NCBI GenBank assembly: GCA_950097015.1
Contig: CATNEN010000032.1
Span: 1,364,001-1,428,000, forward strand
DNA length: 64,000 nt
DNA from: Macrostomum hystrix
Lineage: Eukaryota > Animalia > Platyhelminthes
Direction of reading: 5' to 3'
The stretch's first letter is position 1; every line of letters starts with the position of its first letter. Under the pieces are notes generated by a model. The model saw only the letters and a list, made by a program, of their open reading frames with translations. It was not told where the DNA came from and ran no database searches. Below, in pieces: positions 1 through 10,200 of the stretch. The position numbers and the translations under genes are program-made.

Positions 1-109
1 CGCTCCCAACTTCTGACTCGGTGTTTTTGCATGAAAGAACATTTTGAATCAACACAGAGGGCCCACTTTTTCACATATTGCATCAGTTAATTTGAGTTCA
101 TGAGCTCAC

Positions 110-3100
110 CTCCTGACGACTCTTCCAGCCGCTTGCGTCTCGGCCTGCCCTTGGGAGCCGCTCCGGTTCCGTTGTAAAACGCGGCAGCCGCCGCCGCTGC
201 CGCCGCAGCCGCCGCCGCAACCGCCGCTGCTGAGCCGGAAGAAGGAACTCCAGCTGCTAGAAATAACTGCTGCTGCTGCTGCTGTTGCTGGGCGTGTAGT
301 GAGGCCTGCGGCGGTGGTGGCTGCGGCGTCTGCGGTGTCTGCTGCTGACGCTGTGTTGCGGGCGCTGCCGGTGCCGCAGGCGCAGCCAGGCAGTCAGGAG
401 GCGACTCAGGCGCCTGTCTCTTTGTCCGCATCAGCGTCCTATAGTCCTCGCCGCAATAGACCATGCCGTCCTGCAGGCCGAAGCAGTCGCCGGTGTTCAA
501 TGGCCGACTGCAAGCGGCGCAGGCAAAGCAGGGCAGGTGGTAGACCAGGCTGCCGACTCTCATCACCAGCTCGCGAGTGTCGATGCGCAGGCCGCATCTG
601 GCGCAGATGCCGCATTTGAATAGCCTGGGGGGGCCGTTGGTTCGGGTGGGGATAGTCATGAGAACATTCGCAGTAGACCTCGCAGCCAGAAGGCAGGCAA
701 TTCTGCTCAATTCGCTGACGGATACTGTGCTCAGGCACACACTCACACAGATACTGTGCTCAGGCACACACTCACACAGATACTGTGCTCAGGCACACAC
801 TCACACAGATACTGTGCTCAGGCACACACTCACACAGATACTGTGCTCAGGCACACACACACAGATACTGTGCTCAGGCACACACACACAGATACTGTGC
901 TCAGGCACACACACACACAGATACTGTGCTCAGGCACACACACACACACACAGATACTGTGCTCAGGCACACACACACAGATACTGTGCTCAGGCACACG
1001 TCTATTCGATGTCTATTAACTATGCTATGCAGGTGTTTGAGAATTTAAAAGGGCTTCTACAAAGGACTCTGCTCTTAGTGATGTCACTGCGAAGCTGTCA
1101 CAGCAGGCTGCTGATAGAAGCGCATGAATGCTGCACAGAAATGTCCGCAGAAACCCCAGATTTAATTTGCTCACAAAGGATAATTTCTTTCCGCTTCAAC
1201 GGTTGAGTAATTCTGAGACGATGAAATTGTCACGAACTTGGAGCTCGCTATTATCTGCCACTGCCCTTCCTGACATCTGCTAGACTTTGTCTCTGATATA
1301 ATTATGTAAGAAACAATCTCATTATGCTTTGAGGTATACATTTGTAAAGTAAGAAGATTTAAATTTGTAAATCAACTCGAATTCAAATCGGTGGCCCATG
1401 TTTGTTAAAGCGGCTTGCACTGAAGAAATCTATTTCAAAAGAATAGTTCTGCTTCGTTCAGTTAATACTTTTTTCTATAGACTTTATCATTTTAAGGCTT
1501 TTATCCATCATTCTAAAGCCTTTATCCATCATTCTATAGCCTTCATCCATCATTCTATAGCCTTTATCCATCACTCTATATTCTTCATATTCTTTATCTA
1601 TGATTCTTTAGTCTAGTCTGTATTCCATTCTTCAAATCGTCATTTCAGTTATCCCAGTATTGTATTGTTTATCTGGCGTTCTCGTTCTATCCCAAATCCC
1701 ACAACTATAGAATGTTGAGTAGGGAAGGCGATTTTAAAGGAAGAAATTCCCAGAGTGAAAATGTTTTGCTCTGTAAATCTATTTCTTCCTCTCTTTCTTT
1801 AACTTGAAATTTTGAGAAAGGGATCTTTTGAACCAAATTCGGTTCCCCTTGTCGGATGTCTCGTTTCGCCTGTGTTAGCGAAGCCGGGACATAGGGATAT
1901 TTTCGAGATACGGGAAACGTTTGAGATGTTTAACACAAGAAGCAGAAATCCTAGGAGAGCTGGAACTAGCCTGATTTCGGGAGGATACAGAATTTCAGAT
2001 GCCTCCAAGGATCTCAATAGGATGGTCTGGCTAGAACTATAAGCACACAGCTTCAGCGCTTTCTCAGAATATAAACCTGGGGACAATTCTATTGCCCTCG
2101 GACAAAAAAGGGGATTTTATAGTCGACTATACGAAAGCTTTAAATCTCCCGCCAGTCTCCTATCCTCTCCCCCAGTCCCCTATCCTCAACCCCAGTCCCC
2201 TATCCTCTCCTCCAGTCCCCTATCTTCTCCTCCAATTCCCTATCCTCTCCCCCAGTCCCCTATCCTCTCTCCCAGTTCCCTATATCCTCTCCCCCAGTCT
2301 CCTATCCTCTCCCCTAGTTCCCTATCCTCTCCCCAACGTCCCCTATCCTCTCCCCCCAGTTCCCTATCCTCTCCCCCAGTTCCCTATCTTCTCCCCCAGT
2401 CTCCTATCCTCTCCCCAGTTCCCTATCATCTCCCCCAGTTCCCTATCCTCTCCCCCAGTTCCCTATCCTCTCCCCCAGTTCCCTATCCTCTCCCCGGTTC
2501 CCTATCCTCTCCCCCAGTTCCCTATCCTCCCCCCCAGTTCCCTATCCTCTCCCCCAGTCTCCTATCCTCTCCCCCAGTTCCCCATCCTCTCCCCCAGTTC
2601 TCTATCCTCTCCCCCAGTTCCCTATCCTCTCCCAGTCTCCTATCCTCTCCCCCAGTTCCCCATCCTCTCCCCCAGTTCCCTATCCTCTCCCCCAGTTCCC
2701 TATCCTCCCCCCCAGTTCCCTATCCTCTCCCCCAGTCTCCTATCCTCTCCCCCAGTTCCCCATCCTCTCCCCCAGTTCTCTATCCTCTCCCCCAGTTCCC
2801 TATCCTCTCCCAGTCTCCTATCCTCTCCCCCAGTTCCCCATCCTCTCCCCCAGTTCCCTATCCTCTCCCCCAGTTCCCTATCCTCTCCCAGTCTCCTATC
2901 CTCTCCCCCAGTTCCCCATCCTCTCCCCCAGTTCCCTATCCTCTCCCCCAGTTCCCCATCCTCTCCCCCAGTTTCCCATCCTCTCCCCAGTCACCTATCC
3001 TTTCGCCAGTCACCTATCCTTTCGCCAGTCACCTATCCTCTCCCCCAGTTCCCTATCCTCTCCCCCAGCGCCCTCACTCACTGCACGTAGTCCTCGCGGC

Positions 3101-3299
3101 AGTAGGCAGCGCCATGCCTGCAGTAGCAGGAGGTCTCCTTGTCCAATGGCAGGCTGCAAACAACGCACCTGAGGCAGTCGTCGTGCCAGAAACAGTCGCC
3201 GGTCTGCAGGAAGTAGCGGTCTTGGATGCTGTGGCCGCAGGCTGAGCAGGACAGCTGCTGCTGCTGCTGGCAGTCTTCATGGCCCAGTAGGGACAACAT
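110..3299 (-). CDS. Lhx2/9: LIM-homeobox transcription factor, Lhx2/9 (apterous) class; 5' part only (exons 3299-3082 and 624-110); homeodomain expected left of the window
   Basis: LIM1 (CSACGHSIQDRYFLQTGDCFWHDDCLRCVVCSLPL...CYCRHGAAYCREDY) splices in phase 2 (CA|gtgagt...ag|G) to LIM2 (CARCGLRIDTRELVMRVGSLVYHLPCFACAACSRPLNTGDCFGLQDGMVYCGEDY). FYNGTGAAPKGRPRRKR matches the Lhx2/9 pre-homeodomain motif NGTGxxQKGRPRKRK. Donor gtgagc at 109-104. Start Met at 3299 is a best guess. Confidence 0.88.
718..998. repeat. Minisatellite, about 26-32 bp unit CAGATACTGTGCTCAGG(CA)n, in an Lhx intron
   Basis: About 10 tandem copies read directly. Confidence 0.95.
2110..3066. repeat. Pyrimidine-rich minisatellite, about 19-21 bp unit CCCCAGTTCCCTATCCTCTC
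   Basis: Tandem copies ending about 10 bp from the LIM1 exon donor. Confidence 0.95.
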
Positions 3300-3642
3300 T
3301 TTCAAATTTCTATTCTTCAAATCAGCAGAATAGGTTTCAAACTAAAGGTATTAATTGTAAAATCAACAGAAAACTCGGCTAGATAATGTGGATATTTCTT
3401 AGTGATATCATAGGCACAAGGAGTCGGTCGACCCCCACCTCCCTACTAGCATGTTCTGACCAATGGCGAGCGACCAACAGATTTTCAGTCGACCAATGAG
3501 AAGTCGAGAGCGGAGTTTCGCGACTTTGGGTCCTATGGCTACAGTAAAAATATTTCTCCAGGATTTAATTTTAAAAGAGGGTTTCTCAAAAATCTTTTGC
3601 CCAGATTTTTCATGGCATTTCCATCAACGCGTGGGAGGGTAA

Positions 3643-6590
3643 AGGGAGACAGTTGAGAGGGAATGAGAGACAGTTAAGAGAGAATAGGAGACAGTTGAGA
3701 GGGAATGAGAGACAGTTGAGAGGGAATGAGAGACAGGTGAGAAGGAATGAGAGACAGTTGAGAGGGAATGAGAGACAGTTGAGAGGGAATGAGAGACAGG
3801 TGAGAGGGAATGAGAGACAGTTGAGAGAGAATGAGAGACAAGTGAGAGGGAATCAGAGACAAGTGAGAGGGAATCAGAGACAAGTGAAAGGGAATCAGAG
3901 ACAAGTGAGAGGGAATCAGAGACAAGTGAGAGGGAATCAGAGACAAGTCAGAGGGAATGAGAGACAGGTGAGAGGGAATGAGAGACAAGTGAGAGGGAAT
4001 CAGAGACAAGTCAGAGGGAATGAGAGACAGGTGAGAGGGAATGAGAGACAAGTGAGAGGGAATCAGAGACAAGTCAGAGGGAATGAGAGACAAGTGAGAG
4101 GGAATCAGAGACAAGTCAGAGGGAATCAGAGACAAGTGAGAGGGAATCAGAGACAAGTGAGAGGGAATGAGAGACAAGTGAGAGGGAATCAGAGACAAGT
4201 GAGAGGGAATCAGAGACAAGTGAGAGGGAATCAGAGACAAGTGAGAGGGAATCAGAGACAAGTGAGAGGGAATCAGAGACAAGTGAGAGGGAATGAGAGA
4301 CAAGTGAGAGGGAATGAGAGACAAGTGAGAGAGAATGAGAGACAGTTGAGAGAGAATAGGAGACAGTTGAGAGAGAATGAGAGACAGTTGAGAGAGAATA
4401 GGAGACAGTTGAGAGAGAATGAGAGACAGGTGAGAGGGAATGAGAGACAGTTGAGAGAGAATGAAAGACATGTGAGAGGGAATGAGAGACAGGTGAGAGG
4501 GAATGAGAGACAGGTGAGAGGGAATGAGAGACAGTTGAGAGGGAATGAGAGACAGTTGAGAGGGAATGAGAGACAGTTGAGAGAGAATAGGAGACAGTTG
4601 AGAGAGAATGAGAGACAGGTGAGAGGGAATGAGAGACAGTTGAGAGGGAATGAGAGACAGGTGAGAGAGAATAGGAGACAGTTGAGAGAGAATGAGAGAC
4701 AGGTGAGAGGGAATGAGAGACAGTTGAGAGAGAATGAAAGACATGTGAGAGGGAATGAGAGACAGGTGAGAGGGAATGAGAGACAAGTGAGAGGGAATGA
4801 GAGACAGTTGAGAGGGAATGAGAGACAGTTGAGAGGGAATGAGAGACAGTTGAGAGAGAATAGGAGACAGTTGAGAGAGAATGAGAGACAGGTGAGAGGG
4901 AATGAGAGACAGTTGAGAGGGAATGAGAGACAGGTGAGAGAGAATAGGAGACAGTTGAGAGAGAATGAGAGACAGGTGAGAGAGAATGAGAGACAGTTGA
5001 GAGGGAATGAGAGACAGGTGAGAGAGAATGAGAGACAGTTGAGAGGGAATGAGAGACAGGTGAGAGAGAATCAGAGACAAGTGAGAGGGAATGAGAGACA
5101 AGTGAGAGGGAATCAGAGACAAGTGAGAGGGAATGAGAGACAGTTGAGAGGGAATGAGAGACAGTTGAGAGGGAATGAGAGACAGTTGAGAGAGAATAGG
5201 AGACAGTTGAGAGAGAATGAGAGACAGGTGAGAGGGAATGAGAGACAGTTGAGAGGGAATGAGAGACAGGTGAGAGAGAATAGGAGACAGTTGAGAGAGA
5301 ATGAGAGACAGGTGAGAGAGAATGAGAGACAGTTGAGAGGGAATGAGAGACAGGTGAGAGAGAATGAGAGACAGTTGAGAGGGAATGAGAGACAGGTGAG
5401 AGAGAATCAGAGACAAGTGAGAGGGAATGAGAGACAAGTGAGAGGGAATCAGAGACAAGTGAGAGGGAATGAGAGACAGTTGAGAGGGAATGAGAGACAG
5501 TTGAGAGGGAATGAGAGACAGTTGAGAGAGAATAGGAGACAGTTGAGAGAGAATGAGAGACAGGTGAGAGGGAATGAGAGACAGTTGAGAGGGAATGAGA
5601 GACAGGTGAGAGAGAATAGGAGACAGTTGAGAGAGAATGAGAGACAGGTGAGAGAGAATGAGAGACAAGTGAGAGGGAATGAGAGACAGTTGAGAGAGAA
5701 TGAAAGACATGTGAGAGGGAATGAGAGACAGGTGAGAGGGAATGAGAGACAAGTGAGAGGGAATGAGAGACAGTTGAGAGGGAATGAGAGACAGTTGAGA
5801 GGGAATGAGAGACAGTTGAGAGAGAATGAGAGACAGTTGAGAGAGAATGAGAGACAGTTGAGAGAGAATGAGAGACAGTTGAGAGAGAATGAGAGACAGT
5901 TGAGAGAGAATGAGAGACAGGTGAGAGGGAATGAGAGACAGGTGAGAGGGAATGAGAGACAGGTGAGAGAGAATAGGAGACAGTTGAGAGAGAATGAGAG
6001 ACAGGTGAGAGGGAATGAGAGACAGTTGAGAGAGAATGAAAGACATGTGAGAGGGAATGAGAGACAGGTGAGAGGGAATGAGAGACAAGTGAGAGGGAAT
6101 GAGAGACAGTTGAGAGGGAATGAGAGACAGTTGAGAGGGAATGAGAGACAGTTGAGAGAGAATAGGAGACAGTTGAGAGAGAATGAGAGACAGTTGAGAG
6201 GGAATGAGAGACAGTTGAGAGGGAATGAGAGACAGGTGAGAGAGAATAGGAGACAGTTGAGAGAGAATGAGAGACAGGTGAGAGAGAATGAGAGACAGTT
6301 GAGAGGGAATGAGAGACAGGTGAGAGAGAATCAGAGACAAGTGAGAGGGAATGAGAGACAGTTGAGAGGGAATGAGAGACAGTTGAGAGAGAATGAGAGA
6401 CAGTTGAGAGGGAATGAGAGACAAGTGAGAGGGAATGAGAGACAAGTGAGAGGGAATCAGAGACAAGTGAGAGGGAATCAGAGACAAGTGAGAGGGAATG
6501 AGAGACAGTTGAGAGAGAATAGGAGACAGTTGAGAGAGAATGAGAGACAAGTGAGAGGGAATCAGAGACAGGTGAATGAGATGCCGGTAA
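3643..6590. repeat. 21-bp GA-rich minisatellite (GAGAGACAG[T/G]TGAGAGGGAAT variants), about 140 copies
   Basis: 7-aa periodicity in ORFs 3653-6619 and 3674-6550; variant units recur in higher-order blocks. Confidence 0.97.
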
Positions 6591-6994
6591 ATGAGAGACA
6601 GGGAAAGAGAGAGAGTTAATAAGAGACAGAAGGATGTGAGTTTAGTGTTATTTTGTTTCAGCGCTTACCTTATGTTGGAATTGCACTACTAGCAGATTAA
6701 GTAGTCCAATATGAACATATTGCAGAAATACAGTTTAACTAGTGGATTCAGGAAGTAAATATAAAATATATCTTTAGAGTATATCAGTGTATTTAATTTC
6801 TAACAGAACGGTAATATTAGCATATAAAATAGATTTTTGACGTATTGTCATTAGGATCATTAAAAAAAATTTATTCATTTCCAGCTGGACTGGTTCTGCA
6901 TAAAATTTCGTTTTTTACAAAAAGTATTTTGTACAGTCAGTAATGAATTTTTTATTAAAGATACAATTTATGAATTTTTAATCGCTGAAACCGG

Positions 6995-7250
6995 GAATCG
7001 ACGAATTCCCATCGACGAACTGGGAATCGACGAACTGGGAATCGCCGAACTGGGCATCGACGAACTGGGAATCGACGAACTGGGCATCGACAAACTGGGC
7101 TTCGACGAACTGGGCATCGGAGAACTGGGAATCAGCGAACTGGAGATCGGCGAAATGGGCATCGACGAACTAGAATCGGAGAACTGGGAATCGGCGAACT
7201 GGAGATCGGCGAAATGGGCATCGACGAACTGGGAATCGGAGAACTGGGAA
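6995..7250. repeat. Degenerate 15-bp repeat (CGACGAACTGGGAAT) just 3' of the ion-channel stop codon
   Basis: Direct reading; begins a few bp beyond TGA at 7257. Confidence 0.85.
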
Positions 7251-7256
7251 GCATCT

Positions 7257-10200
7257 TCAGCCAGCCTCAGTCATCATCTTCGCTCGATCTCTCGCGGCCC
7301 ACACAATGTAGACGGTCCAGTAAGCGACGCCGCTGACAGCGAACAGCGACGCGTAGGCGACAAAGAAGGTCATATCGGCGCACCGGCGCCGTTGCCTTTT
7401 TCGTCCGGCGTCGGGCGGCACAGCGGGGCCGACGTGGCGTCGGACCGCCCGCGCCCAGGCCGTCTCGGTGCTGCGAACTAGTTGACTGCCGCTCAGCAGC
7501 TCGCGAGCTGCTCCAGTGCCACCGCAGCCGCCGCCGCCGCCGCCGCCGCCGCCGCAGCCGCTTCCGCACTCAGTCGATGTAGACGCTGTTTCGTTGCCCC
7601 TGTCGCTTGAGAGTAGAGCCGTGATGGCTAAGACCAATGCTCGGGTGAGACCGGCTGAGCAGAAAATCAGACACAGGTAGAACCACACATCCAGGGCTCT
7701 GGTGCCTGTGCCGTGTGGAATCACCTGGGAACAGAAAATTGGTGAGTGCAGAGGATTGTGAATTGCAGAGGACAGGTGAGGGAGGGGTGGTGGGTGATCA
7801 GCAGAGGACAGGTGAGGGAGGGGTGGTGGGTGATCAGCAGAGGACAGGTGAGGGAGGGGTGGTGGGTGATCAGCAGAGGACAGGTGAGGGAGGGGTGGTG
7901 GGTGATCAGCAGAGGACAGGTGAGGGAGGGGTGGTGGGTGATCAGCAGAGGACAGGTGAGGGAGGGGTGGTGGGTGATCAGCAGAGGACAGGTGAGGGAT
8001 AGTTCAATTGCTCACAGATGAGGATAAAAGTGAAACTGCAAGATGAATGAGTACAGGTTTCAAATTATCAAAGGATCAGCCAAGGACATGTCCGGCATTC
8101 TTGAAAACCTCTGCCAGTTAATTAGTTTCTCTAAATAAACCGCCTTTGCTGCTGAAAAACTGCTGATAATCCCTAATCCATCCCTGACCATCTGCTCCAC
8201 AAATAGAAGCAGGGATTTTCTCGCCTGTCCTCCCTTCTTCCTTCTGAATATTTTCTTTAATAAAGAATAAATCGGCTTGCAATTTTTAAACTTGACTTCA
8301 AAAAAGTTTTTTTCATAGAAAAAAATTGTTCCGATTAAATAATTGCGTGACTGTGAGAACAAAAATTTTTTGTGCTTCTTTGTTGGAAAGAGTGCTAGTG
8401 CACTTACCTGCTTTCAACACGCGACTTATGAGATTGGGACAGTGCTGTCAGGTGAGACAGTGAGACTGAGACACAGACAATGAGACACACAGACAATGAT
8501 AATGAGGTACACAGACAATGAGACAAGACACACAGACAATGAGACAGAGACACACAGACAATGAGACTGAGGTACACAGACCATGAGACCGAGACACACT
8601 GACAATGAGACTGAGACACACAGACAATGAGACTGAGGTTCACAGACAATGAGACTGAGACACACAGACAATGAAACTGAGACACAAAGACAATGAGACT
8701 GAGGTACACAGACAATTAGACTGAGGTACACAGACAATTAGACTAAGGTACACAGACAATGAGACTGAGGTACACAGACAATGAGACTGAGGTACACAGA
8801 CAAGGAGGCAGGGAGGTAGTGAATAGTTGGCTGGGATTAATCGCCTTGTCTAGTGGCACTGATTTCTGCTGGTTAGAATGCTATATTTGGGAAAAATGAG
8901 AGCGGAGGCAGTGGCTGGGCTGTCGGCCTCGCGACTAAAAATGGATGTTCTTGTCATCAACCCCCCCCCGACTGGGGTGTGCAGGCTGACTGGCTGGATC
9001 AATGAATGAAGCCTTCAAAAAGAGACAGCAAAAAGAAGACTAAAAATAGGGCGGAAATTTGGCAATAGACAGATACTAATCTCTTGTTGGAAGAAACCCA
9101 TGCACTTTGGCCTGTTTTAATTTACAAAAATTAAAGCGGAGAGTAGGCCAGTCTACTCAGGTGAGAAGTAGAGAGTGGGCCAGTCTACTCAGGTGAGAAG
9201 TAGAGAGTAGGCCAGTCTACTCAGGTGAGAAGTAGAGAGTGGGCCGTCTACTCAGGTGAGAAGTAGAGAGTAGGCCAGTCTACTCAGGTGAGAAGTAGAG
9301 AGTGGGCCGTCTACTCAGGTGAGAAGTAGAGAGTAGGCCAGTCTACTCAGGTGAGAAGTAGAGAGTGGGCCAGTCTACTCAGGTGAGAAGTAGAGAGTAG
9401 GCCAGTCTACTCAGGTGAGAAGTAGAGAGTGGGCCGTCTACTCAGGTGAGAAGTAGAGAGTAGGCCAGTCTACTCAGGTGAGAAGTAGAGAGTGGGCCGT
9501 CTACTCAGGTGAGAAGTAGAGAGTAGGCCAGTCTACTCAGGTGAGAAGTAGAGAGTGGGCCAGTCTACTCAGGTGAGAAGTAGAGAGTGGGCCAGTCTAC
9601 TCAGGTGAGAAGTAGAGAGTAGGCCAGTCGACTCAGGTGAGAAGTAGAGAGTGGGCCAGTCGACTCAGGTGAGAAGTAGAGAGTGGGCCAGTCGACTCAG
9701 GTGAGAAGTAGAGAGTGGGCCGTCTACTCAGGTGAGAAGTAGAGAGTGGGCCGTCTACTCAGGTGAGAAGTAGAGAGTGGGCCAGTCGACTCAGGTGAGA
9801 AGTAGAGAGTGGGCCAGTCGACTCAGGTGAGAAGTAGAGAGTGGGCCATTCTACTCAGGTGAGAAGTAGAGAGTGGGCCAGTCTACTCAGGTGAGAAGTA
9901 GAGAGTGGGCCAGTCTACTCAGGTGAGAAGTAGAGAGTGGGCCAGTCTACTCAGGTGAGAAGTAGAGAGTGAGCCAGTCTACTCAGGTGAGAAGTAGAGA
10001 GTGGGCCAGTCTACTCAGGTGAGAAGTAGAGAGTGAGCCAGTCTACTCAGGTGAGAAGTAGAGAGTAGGCCAGTCTACTCAGGTGAGAAGTAGAGAGTGG
10101 GCCAGTCTACTCAGGTGAGAAGTAGAGAGTAGGCCAGTCTACTCAGGTGAGAAGTAGAGAGTAGGCCAGTCGACTCAGGTGAGAAGTAGAGAGTGGGCCG

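Noticed and set aside
3653-6619. 988-aa and 958-aa ORFs (RGNERQL / SHLSLIP repeats)
   Set aside because: Translations of a 21-bp minisatellite open on both strands because the unit is a multiple of 3; no ATG context, splice links or domain.
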